64,000 nucleotides of DNA from the NCBI GenBank assembly GCA_002923195.1, contig BDTH01000074.1:9081-73080 (forward strand). The letters are read 5' to 3'. The position numbers and the translations under genes are program-made. The notes below the pieces were generated by a model. The model ran no database searches. It was not told the origin of the DNA and saw only the letters and a program-made list of their open reading frames with translations. Shown here one piece after another: positions 10,151-17,830 of this stretch (positions are counted from its first letter, which is position 1; every line of letters starts with the position of its first letter). Source of the stretch: a bacterium BMS3Abin15 (GTDB lineage Bacteria; Patescibacteriota; Minisyncoccia; Moranbacterales; 2-12-FULL-40-10).

Positions 10151-10762
10151 TTAAGCATTATCAAATCTTTCCTCAGCAACATCCCAGTCAATGGCTTTAA
10201 AAAACGCTTCAATATAGTCAGCTTTCTTTAATCCATAATCCGGTATAAAAGCATGTTCAAAAACATCCATAACCAAAACCGGAATTGCACCTGCCAAATG
10301 GCCCAAGTCGTGTTCGTTAATCCAGACATTGAAGAGTTTGTCATTTTGGCAATCGCAATATAAAACTGCCCAGCCAATGCCGCGCATTGCCCCTAAGGCT
10401 TTAAAATCCTTTTCCCAGTTTTCATAAGAACCGAAGTCCTCTACGATTTTATCGCGAAGATTAGAATCCTTATCCAGCTCCTTGCCTCCCTTGGTCAGAT
10501 TTCCAAAATAATTCTCATGCAGGCGCATTCCGTTAAATTCCCACCCAAATCGGCGCTTTAACTCTGCGTACTCTGAATCGCCAGTTTTCCCCTCTTTTAA
10601 ATATTCCTCCAGTTTTTCGGTTAGCTTGTTGGTGTTAGCTACATATCCCTGATATAAAGTAAAGTGGTTCTGCAATGACTGATCACTGAACCCCTCTGTC
10701 CCCAAAAGATTGTCCAAATTTTTTGCTTCGTAAACCATTTTTCTAATTTTAGCATTAAGCAC
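10151..10762 (-). CDS. Fe/Mn superoxide dismutase
   Basis: LHENYF, WINEHD, DVFEHAFIPDY motifs characteristic of Fe/Mn-SOD. Confidence 0.85.
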   Translation of the reverse strand: MLNAKIRKMVYEAKNLDNLLGTEGFSDQSLQNHFTLYQGYVANTNKLTEKLEEYLKEGKTGDSEYAELKRRFGWEFNGMRLHENYFGNLTKGGKELDKDSNLRDKIVEDFGSYENWEKDFKALGAMRGIGWAVLYCDCQNDKLFNVWINEHDLGHLAGAIPVLVMDVFEHAFIPDYGLKKADYIEAFFKAIDWDVAEERFDNA

Positions 10763-10805
10763 ACGTAATAAATATACAACTACACTCTATAAATATTTCT
10801 TCCCT

Positions 10806-10871
10806 GTCCCCACACCAATACTAGTGAAGTTTACTGCTATTTTTAGTTTGTCGTAAATATTGGCGTGGGGA
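10806..10871. repeat. Palindromic element, copy 1 of the CCCCACACCAAT...ATTGG(C/T)GTGGGG family (intergenic, upstream of thiI)
   Basis: Terminal inverted repeats gtccccacaccaata / tattggcgtgggga about 40 bp apart. Confidence 0.7.
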
Positions 10872-10875
10872 TGAA

Positions 10876-12315
10876 TTGACATTACCTCACTCCATAATAC
10901 ATAATACTTTATACATGATACATCATACACACATCATCTGCCACTATAACGAAATAGGCATCAAGGGAGGAAATCGGGATTATTTCGAGAAAATGCTGGT
11001 TGATAATATCAAAAATAAGTTGGATAGAGATATCTCTAATGGATTTGAACATGCACGCCCCCGCACTAATTCTAAAATAATAAAAAGCTCAAAAATTAAT
11101 TCACGCAACAGTCTTGATTATAAACATAGTAAGGTCACTGCTAATATTGGTGTGGGGGTAAAACGCATTTCCGGCCGAATAATCATAAGACTCACGAATA
11201 AAGAGCAGATGAAAAGCAAATTTGAACTAATATTAAAAAACATCTTCGGTATTGCTAATTTTTCTTTCGCCATTGAATCAAAACAGGACATAAAAATACT
11301 TCAGGAAGATTGCTGGAATCTTATTAAAAATGAAAAGTTCAAGACTTTTAGAGTTACAACTCAGCGGTCAGAAAAAAACTATCCTCTTACTTCCCAGCAG
11401 GTTAATGAAAAAGTAGGAGATTACATTTGTAAAAAATTAGAAAAGGATGTTCGCCCTGTTAAATTCGCCAGAAGCGGTGCAAAACAATTTAACAGGGTAA
11501 ATCTCAAAAATCCAGATATTAATTGCTTCATTGAAATAGTGGATAAGCAAGCGTTTATTTATTTAGAAAAAATAGACGGTCCGGGAGGAATGCCAGTGGG
11601 AACCAGTGGGAAAGCCTTAGTGCTTCTTTCTGGAGGAATTGATTCGCCGGTCGCCGCTTACTATATGCTTAAGAGAGGAGTTAGAACTGATTTTATTCAT
11701 TTTCACTCTACTTCTCCGGCTTCGGTAGGTAAGGTCAAGGAGCTGGCAAAAATCATAAACAAGTTTCAGCTGAATTCAAAAATATTTATAATTCCATTTA
11801 CTGAAATCCAGAAAGAAATCATGGCGCAGACTCCTCCTAAGTTAAGGGTTATATTCTACCGAAGAGTGATGCTGAAAATTGCCGAAGCTATTGCTAATAA
11901 AGAAAAGTATTTAGTTCTTGTTACCGGAGAGGCGGTGGGACAGGTGGCCTCGCAGACATTGGAAAATATAGCGGTAATAGAAGATGCTGTTCACCCCCAC
12001 ACCAATTTAGTTAATAAAAGCTTACTTAATAAAAAAACTACTACCGATAAAAATAATAGAATTGGTGTGGGGGTATATATACCCGTTCTTCGCCCACTAA
12101 TTGGGTTTGATAAAGAAGAAATTATAAATAAAGCCAAAGAGATCGGGACTTATGAAACTTCCATCCTTCCCCATGAAGATTGCTGTACCCGCTTTATTCC
12201 CAAACATCCGGAAACCAGAGCCAAATTAACCGAAGTAAAAGAAGCGGAAAAGAATTTGAATGTTGAGAAACTGGTCAAAGAAGCAATAAAGAATTATAAT
12301 TCAGAAAAGCTTTGA
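10876..12315 (+). CDS. thiI: tRNA 4-thiouridine synthase / tRNA sulfurtransferase ThiI (THUMP + PP-loop), carrying two in-frame palindromic-element insertions
   Basis: ICHYNEIGIKGGNRDYFE (N-terminal ThiI region), PP-loop ALVLLSGGIDSPVAAYYM, C-terminal IPVLRPLIGFDKEEII...GTYETSI. Confidence 0.85.
   Translation: MTLPHSIIHNTLYMIHHTHIICHYNEIGIKGGNRDYFEKMLVDNIKNKLDRDISNGFEHARPRTNSKIIKSSKINSRNSLDYKHSKVTANIGVGVKRISGRIIIRLTNKEQMKSKFELILKNIFGIANFSFAIESKQDIKILQEDCWNLIKNEKFKTFRVTTQRSEKNYPLTSQQVNEKVGDYICKKLEKDVRPVKFARSGAKQFNRVNLKNPDINCFIEIVDKQAFIYLEKIDGPGGMPVGTSGKALVLLSGGIDSPVAAYYMLKRGVRTDFIHFHSTSPASVGKVKELAKIINKFQLNSKIFIIPFTEIQKEIMAQTPPKLRVIFYRRVMLKIAEAIANKEKYLVLVTGEAVGQVASQTLENIAVIEDAVHPHTNLVNKSLLNKKTTTDKNNRIGVGVYIPVLRPLIGFDKEEIINKAKEIGTYETSILPHEDCCTRFIPKHPETRAKLTEVKEAEKNLNVEKLVKEAIKNYNSEKL
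11054..11160. repeat. Palindromic element copy 2, inserted in-frame inside thiI (encodes ARPRTNSKIIKSSKINSRNSLDYKHSKVTANIGVGV)
   Basis: Imperfect termini cacgcccccgcactaat ... aatattggtgtgggggta; reading frame stays open. Confidence 0.65.
11992..12075. repeat. Palindromic element copy 3, inserted in-frame inside thiI (84 bp = 28 codons, HPHTNLVNKSLLNKKTTTDKNNRIGVGV)
   Basis: 15-bp inverted repeat cacccccacaccaat / attggtgtgggggta. The element starts exactly on a codon boundary of thiI. Confidence 0.8.
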
Positions 12316-12373
12316 AATTCTTAGCGCCGACCATACTAACTAGTAACTTAAAAATAAATAAAGGAGGTGAGAA

Positions 12374-12877
12374 GTGTTAAAGGCATTAAGAGTCAGCATT
12401 TTGTTATTCTTATTTCTAATGCTTCATATATCTGCATCAACCTGTTCTGCTGAAAAGATGATTGTTATTAAACTCAAAGACAAGACTCTGGAATTTTATG
12501 ATGCTGGGACATTGATCAAGAAGTATGATGTGAGAGTCGGGAAAAAACCAACTCCTACTCCAACAGGTGATGGATATATTTATGAGAAAAGGAAACGCCC
12601 TGTCTTTAGATATATAGACCCTCCAAATAAGGGAAAAGTTATTAAGTATGTTACGTTAGGTAGCGGGAAGACAATTAAAGTGCCTCGTAACAAAATGAGA
12701 TCGTTGGGATTCCGAATTAATGGCTATGATACGGACAAATACAGCATCCACTCAACCAATCATACTGACACGATCGGAAAGGCAATATCAAACGGATGTG
12801 TTGGAATGAGAATAGAAGATATGCTGGAATTTTACCCGCTGATTGAAGTGAATACAAAAGTAACTATAGAACCTTAA
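12374..12877 (+). CDS. L,D-transpeptidase (YkuD domain), secreted; GTG start after AAGGAGG RBS
   Basis: Signal peptide; catalytic motif IHSTNHTDTIGKAISNGCVGM (His...Ser-x-Gly-Cys). Confidence 0.8.
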   Translation: MLKALRVSILLFLFLMLHISASTCSAEKMIVIKLKDKTLEFYDAGTLIKKYDVRVGKKPTPTPTGDGYIYEKRKRPVFRYIDPPNKGKVIKYVTLGSGKTIKVPRNKMRSLGFRINGYDTDKYSIHSTNHTDTIGKAISNGCVGMRIEDMLEFYPLIEVNTKVTIEP

Positions 12878-12908
12878 GCCGTCTGAAAAATATCAGACGG
12901 CTTTTTTA
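12878..12908. terminator. Rho-independent terminator (gccgtctga-aaaatatc-agacggc + T6)
   Basis: 9-bp stem followed by TTTTTT. Confidence 0.7.
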
Positions 12909-12931
12909 TTATCGTTGTTAGATTTGAAATA

Positions 12932-13456
12932 TTAATGAAGATTTAATCGGCTATTTCTCAATTCTTTTCTTATATCTCTATGGTCAGGAGCTGTCCTGGA
13001 TACCAAATCCCAAAATTCCTTGGAATGATTGAATTCCTTTAAATGGCATAATTCGTGAACGATAATATAGTCTGCTATTCTTGCCGGCAGTAATGCCACT
13101 TTGTAATTAAAGTTTAAATTTCCTTTTTTGGAACAGCTTCCCCATCTGGTTTTCTGATTTCTGATATTAATTCTATTGAATTGGAAATTATAAAAATTAT
13201 TGAAATGTTCAATCCGGTTACCAATAAATTTCCTGGCCTCCTCTTTATGCTTCAAATATTCTGCCTTATTATTTCTGAAAAAGAAGTTGCCTTTGAATTT
13301 TTTGAAATGTTCCAGTTTCGATAAAATCCAATTGGCTTTTTGAATAATAAATCTTTCAACCGAATTCTCGCTTAACCCTTGCGGGCGGGTAGCCACTAAA
13401 TTTCCGTCGCAATAAATAGACAGGCGCATTCTCTTGGCGCGCCTGCTAGTTCTCAA
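12932..13456 (-). CDS. YgjP-like metal-dependent hydrolase (DUF45 / M48-like HExxH)
   Basis: WGSCS...HELCHL motif. Confidence 0.75.
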   Translation of the reverse strand: MRTSRRAKRMRLSIYCDGNLVATRPQGLSENSVERFIIQKANWILSKLEHFKKFKGNFFFRNNKAEYLKHKEEARKFIGNRIEHFNNFYNFQFNRINIRNQKTRWGSCSKKGNLNFNYKVALLPARIADYIIVHELCHLKEFNHSKEFWDLVSRTAPDHRDIRKELRNSRLNLH

Positions 13457-13497
13457 TGTATAATTAATTTTTTTATCCTGAAGCTCTATTTGTTTTT

Positions 13498-13710
13498 TTA
13501 TATGATTTGTATTAAATAGCCAATTAAAACTAGAGTGACGCCTGTTATTCCGATTAACCGTTCCCTTTTCATAGCTTTAAACACTTTCTTGTCTATTTTA
13601 TGTTCATTTAAAACACGGTAATGTACCCGCAACGCCGCAAAGGCAATAAGTATCGTTCCGAGCGCATCCAGTGTTAGCGTGATTTTTTCCATATTTTCAT
13701 TATAGCACAT
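13498..13710 (-). CDS. Small hypothetical membrane protein (70 aa, 2 TM)
   Basis: ORF with two hydrophobic helices; no other support. Confidence 0.4.
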   Translation of the reverse strand: MCYNENMEKITLTLDALGTILIAFAALRVHYRVLNEHKIDKKVFKAMKRERLIGITGVTLVLIGYLIQII

Positions 13711-13714
13711 CAGA

Positions 13715-13742
13715 TTGACAAACAGGATTAGATATGTATAAT
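13715..13742 (+). promoter_or_regulatory. Near-consensus sigma70 promoter TTGACA-N16-TATAAT with no downstream ORF on its strand
   Basis: ttgacaaacaggattagatatgtataat. Confidence 0.5.
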
Positions 13743-13883
13743 AGGAAGCAAATAGAGTCTCAAAAGTTTATCAATCAGTGTCTCGTAAGTGCTCTGTTTA
13801 AAAGGGGTCAGGAGCATTAGAGGAAATTACCTCTCCCCGTTCCCAAAAGGGAATGAAGAAAGAGGACCTATATTTCTAGGACA

Positions 13884-13912
13884 AGGGCCATTCATATGAA
13901 TGGCCCTTTTTA
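13884..13912 (+). terminator. Rho-independent terminator (agggccattca-ta-tgaatggccct + T5) closing the ORF-less transcript
   Basis: 11-bp perfect stem followed by TTTTT. Confidence 0.6.
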
Positions 13913-13940
13913 ATTTGCGCCGCAACGTGAATAAAACAAA

Positions 13941-13984
13941 AAGCCGTAGTCTCTGTAATAAGAGACTACGGCTTAGTTTTAAAG
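13941..13984 (-). terminator. Rho-independent terminator of the aminotransferase gene (14-bp stem aagccgtagtctct / agagactacggctt)
   Basis: Perfect stem; U-run on the minus strand. Confidence 0.6.
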
Positions 13985-13987
13985 CTT

Positions 13988-15385
13988 TTAGTATTTTACG
14001 TCTGCTTTTTCGAATCCGGATTCGATAGCAGCGATAAACTCGGGAGTTTCGATATCCTCCACGACCGCATAACGAATACACTCCGGATGCAGATGCACGC
14101 CTATCAGGCCGGTATTGCTGATCACCAACTCATTGAAATGCTTAGAGTCTTCGATGTTGACTCCAAAAGCTTTCTTTGGAAGTTCCCACCAGTTGAAAAA
14201 GGTGGACTTGGGCTTAACAACCGGCTGCATACCATATTTCGTTGCGATTCCAAAAAATAATTCTTGGCGCCGCTGGAATGTCTGCCAGTATTCCTTGATT
14301 TTTTCCGGTGCATAGCGTAAAACCGCTAGCACACCGACAGCCGCCGGAGCATAAAATCCCGAATCACAGTTCCCCTTGATGGTTGCGATGTCACCAACGA
14401 AATCAGTAGAACCAACTACCGCCCCTACCCGGTGTCCGGTAAGGTTACATCCCATCTTGGAAGATGAATACGATTCTGCCCAAGAAAGGTCGGGATAGTC
14501 AACAGCAACTTCAGATAAAAGCACGTTTTCTTCAGGCGCCAGCTTTGCATAAGCCGCATCGTTGAACAGCCGGATTCCGTTTTTTTCACAGAAGTCGCAT
14601 ATCATATACCAGAATTCCAGTGTCGCAATCTGTCCCGACGGATTATTGGGATAATTCATCATCATTAAGTCGCATACTTCCAAATGATCAGTGGGAAGAA
14701 ACTGGTTCTCTGCCGTTAAGGGAAACGTTTTATGCGGAATACCTAAATACTCACACATTGTCGCCGGTGTTGGATACCCTGGCTCCGACATACTCATAAC
14801 TTCCATGTTGTCACCAAAACTGTTGCGACAAGCCAGTATTATGTATTCAAAAGCAGGCTTGGTTCCCGGCAGGGGAAGGTATTTAACATTTGCATCTGGT
14901 AAACCGATTCGCACATGGTGCTGAACAAACTCTTCGGCGAAATCAGGACATTCTTTCGCCCATTGACTTTCTTTGTCTGTATCGATACTCATTACCCCAA
15001 GCAGAAAGGAAAGAAGATCTATTCCCTCTCTCACTGTATTAGACGGAAGAATGGTGGCAGCTCCACTTATACGATTAGCAATTTTCGCAATCGGGATATG
15101 GCTTTTACGAAGTGCTTTAAAAAATGCTGTCACGCCAGGCGCTCCATTGTCCTGATATCCATGAACGTCTTCGTTATCGAGCATTGTTGCCAGAACATTC
15201 ATGAATCTGGCAATTAGCAATGCCGAGCCAACGGGCTGGCCGATGGAAAGATTCCATATTTCAGTCCCTCCCGCCTCGGCAGCCTTGCGCATTGCCTTCA
15301 CTTCCGCGAAAATATTTACACCGCCTTCCGGCAAACGACTATACCTTCCTACTTTTCTTTTTCCGATCTCCTGTTTCATAATCAA
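13988..15385 (-). CDS. PLP-dependent aminotransferase, class I/II fold (possibly DapL-like)
   Basis: MNYPNNPSG and SSSKMGCNLTGHRVG (PLP-lysine motif). GC content is clearly higher than the flanks. Confidence 0.85.
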   Translation of the reverse strand: MIMKQEIGKRKVGRYSRLPEGGVNIFAEVKAMRKAAEAGGTEIWNLSIGQPVGSALLIARFMNVLATMLDNEDVHGYQDNGAPGVTAFFKALRKSHIPIAKIANRISGAATILPSNTVREGIDLLSFLLGVMSIDTDKESQWAKECPDFAEEFVQHHVRIGLPDANVKYLPLPGTKPAFEYIILACRNSFGDNMEVMSMSEPGYPTPATMCEYLGIPHKTFPLTAENQFLPTDHLEVCDLMMMNYPNNPSGQIATLEFWYMICDFCEKNGIRLFNDAAYAKLAPEENVLLSEVAVDYPDLSWAESYSSSKMGCNLTGHRVGAVVGSTDFVGDIATIKGNCDSGFYAPAAVGVLAVLRYAPEKIKEYWQTFQRRQELFFGIATKYGMQPVVKPKSTFFNWWELPKKAFGVNIEDSKHFNELVISNTGLIGVHLHPECIRYAVVEDIETPEFIAAIESGFEKADVKY

Positions 15386-15548
15386 CCCTCCCTTTCTTTG
15401 TTTGTTTGAAATATTTATATTTAAAATAACAGTCGTTGATAGTACACGCTATCACGTAATTCACTTCCTGTCAATGATTTTAATCCCGTGCAGGAGCAAG
15501 CTCCTGCACAAATAAAAAAGCGGATATTGGTTTTTAACCTCACCGCTT

Positions 15549-16157
15549 TCAAGTTTGTTCCGCATGGCGCAACTTAGTAGAATAGTTCGTTTTCGGATAA
15601 TAAATCGTATTACCACGCTGAATTGCAGTCTCCCAGTAAATAACATCTCGGACCAAATAGGCCGACTCGGAGAATAGTTTTTTGATTGGCACTATCCTCA
15701 TCAATTTACTTACTCCGATTCCCTTGAGTATTGGGAATCTCTGAAGCGTACGCAAATCGGAAGACGAATCCGGAGTAATACTTTTGTGGTAATCAATTAA
15801 GTATTTTTTTTCCGGTAATATTATCCAGGAGTGCTGGATAGGGATCCGCCAGAACATGTTCTGCCTAAGGCTTCCTTTTCTTGCTAACTTGGCAATCAAT
15901 CTTACAGTCCTTACAACTTCATCTTCATTAGATGCGATTGGAAGAAATAGATCGCAGTTTCCCCTTCGTGCTTCCTTGAAAAATGTCGAGAAGAGGTAGA
16001 ATGCTTGTCCGTCTTTGACTTCCGCCTTGATATTCCTCCCGGAAAGCTCGGATTTTAGCAGCCGCATTATTTCGTGGCAACGATAACGCTCAAAAACATT
16101 ATCATTGACTATGCTCACAATCATTTCTTTTATATCGCTCGCTGATAAATTAATCAC
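15549..16157 (-). CDS. Hypothetical protein (202 aa) in the GC-rich islet
   Basis: Long ORF with compositional consistency; no recognisable motifs. Confidence 0.55.
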   Translation of the reverse strand: MINLSASDIKEMIVSIVNDNVFERYRCHEIMRLLKSELSGRNIKAEVKDGQAFYLFSTFFKEARRGNCDLFLPIASNEDEVVRTVRLIAKLARKGSLRQNMFWRIPIQHSWIILPEKKYLIDYHKSITPDSSSDLRTLQRFPILKGIGVSKLMRIVPIKKLFSESAYLVRDVIYWETAIQRGNTIYYPKTNYSTKLRHAEQT

Positions 16158-16166
16158 CGTGCCTGT

Positions 16167-16433
16167 TCACCTCCTTTTTTTGTCCGGCGCAATGCCAAGA
16201 AGAGGGAGTAGGATATCACTCCAGTTTTTAATAGAGCCGTTAATGCCGTTTATCTCAAGACCCTGACCATCTTCATCGTAATGAATATCAAGCCTGGGAG
16301 CTCTACAACATCCGCACCTTATGATGTACCGCGGAGTTTGACCTTTTCTTTGTCCATGGATTACGCGAATGCGGGAATATCCGCCTTCAAACTCTTGCCC
16401 CATTTTTCTTTGTATTTTTATTCCCTTTATCAT
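16167..16433 (-). CDS. Hypothetical small protein (88 aa, CGCC motif)
   Basis: ORF tightly spaced after the previous gene. Confidence 0.5.
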   Translation of the reverse strand: MIKGIKIQRKMGQEFEGGYSRIRVIHGQRKGQTPRYIIRCGCCRAPRLDIHYDEDGQGLEINGINGSIKNWSDILLPLLGIAPDKKRR

Positions 16434-16605
16434 TTCATACCCCCTTAAAATTTTTTGTTAAGTTAACTGATAAGAAAGCATAGCACCCCAGCTATGTTTC
16501 TGTCAATCCATATGTAGAATTAAAAAATTGACAAAAGAGCATGCTAACGTTATGCTTTTTCAATCAATACCTAATAGTAAATATTATAAAAAAGGAGGTA
16601 TAGTA

Positions 16606-16938
16606 ATGAATGGTAACCCACCCGGAATACCCCTGCATCCAGCATACACAAGCGAGACTCATGGATTTGAGAAATATTTACGTCACCATGGCGGTGGCCA
16701 CAATCTTCTGAGGACCAAGCGGATTGCCCAGCCCTGCACTCTGCAAATAGGTGATATTCTTGCCAACGGAGATAGAGTATTATCCCTTCCCAGAGAGGGT
16801 GGCAATGGATCGGTTCTGATTCATTTGACCGGTGGCCTTTATGGACATTGGATAGGCGTTCCCGCTCGTATTCCGATTGCGCTACTTACAAAAGAAGATG
16901 GCGCACCAAAAGAAATATGGGATCTGGAAAAAGAATAA
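16606..16938 (+). CDS. Hypothetical protein (110 aa; ORF-track ORF begins at 16528, but the AAGGAGG RBS supports ATG 16606)
   Basis: RBS aaaggaggt 8 nt upstream of ATG; high-GC coding composition. Confidence 0.55.
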   Translation: MNGNPPGIPLHPAYTSETHGFEKYLRHHGGGHNLLRTKRIAQPCTLQIGDILANGDRVLSLPREGGNGSVLIHLTGGLYGHWIGVPARIPIALLTKEDGAPKEIWDLEKE

Positions 16939-16950
16939 GAAAAATAAAAA

Positions 16951-16978
16951 GGTCTGTGAATTATCACAGACCTTTTTT
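16951..16978 (+). terminator. Rho-independent terminator (ggtctgtga-atta-tcacagacc + T6)
   Basis: 9-bp stem followed by TTTTTT. Confidence 0.65.
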
Positions 16979-16996
16979 AATTTATGCAGACCCGCG

Positions 16997-17069
16997 GTGC
17001 AGGAGCTTAATACGTATTAAGCTCCTGCACATATCTACAATCATCTTCTGACGGCCGTCAGAAGATGAT
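16997..17069. repeat. Composite palindromes A (gtgcaggagcttaata-cg-tattaagctcctgcac) and B (atcatcttctgacgg-ccgtcagaagatgat)
   Basis: Two perfect palindromes of 34 and 30 bp separated by 9 bp. Confidence 0.7.
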
Positions 17070-17072
17070 GCC

Positions 17073-17633
17073 TTAAGTAGTTTTAAAAAAGCGCCTTTTA
17101 AGTTTTGTTTCATTATCAATTTTGGTAGCTGTAATTACCCGCACATAAGGCCCAGCCGAATAAAGAGCAATTAATTCTAAAATGGGTTTCTCGAAAGGAT
17201 ATGGAGAAACAAAAACACTGTGCTGAAGCTTAAGAAATTTGAGTGCTCGAAGATGTTCGCGCAAAATGTTACGAAAAAATCGATCTTTTTCAGGAATATC
17301 AAAAAGTACTATTCTCCATTTCTTATCCCAGCGTTTAGGCTTTTTAAGATTTATAGAATTACCCACCAAACTAAGTAGCTTGGCTTGTCGTTTTCCTTCT
17401 TTAGTAAGAATTAACTTGAAAGAACCGCCAGGGAGCGTTTTCTCTTTAATTAATTTTTCTTGAGAAAGTCGGCGAATGGAGCGATTAAAATTTTGCCTAT
17501 TTATTTTTCCCCAATCCTTCCGCAATTTTCGAAAAGTCCTAAAATACTGTCTAGGCGACGAAGATAATCCCATTGCTACTCCACCCATAAGCGCCAAAAG
17601 AATCTTTTTTTGTGCCGATCCGAATCTATACAT
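17073..17633 (-). CDS. Hypothetical basic protein; C-terminal segment has a Cas2/VapD-like signature (WRIVLFDIPE...LQHSVFVSPY)
   Basis: 186-aa ORF flanked on both sides by the A/B palindromes in inverted order. The Cas2-like assignment is by eye only. Confidence 0.55.
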   Translation of the reverse strand: MYRFGSAQKKILLALMGGVAMGLSSSPRQYFRTFRKLRKDWGKINRQNFNRSIRRLSQEKLIKEKTLPGGSFKLILTKEGKRQAKLLSLVGNSINLKKPKRWDKKWRIVLFDIPEKDRFFRNILREHLRALKFLKLQHSVFVSPYPFEKPILELIALYSAGPYVRVITATKIDNETKLKRRFFKTT

Positions 17634-17644
17634 AATTTTACTAT

Positions 17645-17728
17645 ATCATCTTCTGACGGCCGTCAGCAAATGATTGTTTTTTGTATTTGAGTCTGTGTAG
17701 GAGTTAAATGCGTATTGAGCTCTTGCAC
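17645..17728. repeat. Palindromes B' and A' (degenerate copies), in order inverted relative to 16997..17069
   Basis: atcatcttctgacggccgtcagcaaatgat ... gtgtaggagttaaatgcgtattgagctcttgcac. Confidence 0.65.
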
Positions 17729-17830
17729 AGAGGCCCGCTTCGCCGAATCGAGGCGAGTAGGCAAGCCTGAACGATGTTATGCTTTCATTATATTCTCCTT
17801 TTCCCAAATATAAAAGCGTCTTAGGGGGAG

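Noticed and set aside
11054-12075. thiI insertions considered as inteins or introns
   Set aside because: Inserts are only 28-36 codons, lack intein block motifs (no Cys/Ser...His-Asn junctions) and are bounded by the same 15-bp inverted termini found in intergenic DNA. A palindromic repeat element is the simpler explanation.
13790-13860. Possible SRP (4.5S) RNA, because of CUCUGUUUA...GGGGUCAGG resembling the E. coli ffs helix-8 5' strand
   Set aside because: The GGAAGCA-like segment lies 5' instead of 3' of it. No GNRA/GGAA apical loop and no extended terminal helix could be drawn. Kept only as a generic sRNA candidate.
14115-15515. Several 60-104-aa ORFs on both strands
   Set aside because: Embedded in or antisense to the aminotransferase gene; GC-rich DNA generates long shadow frames.
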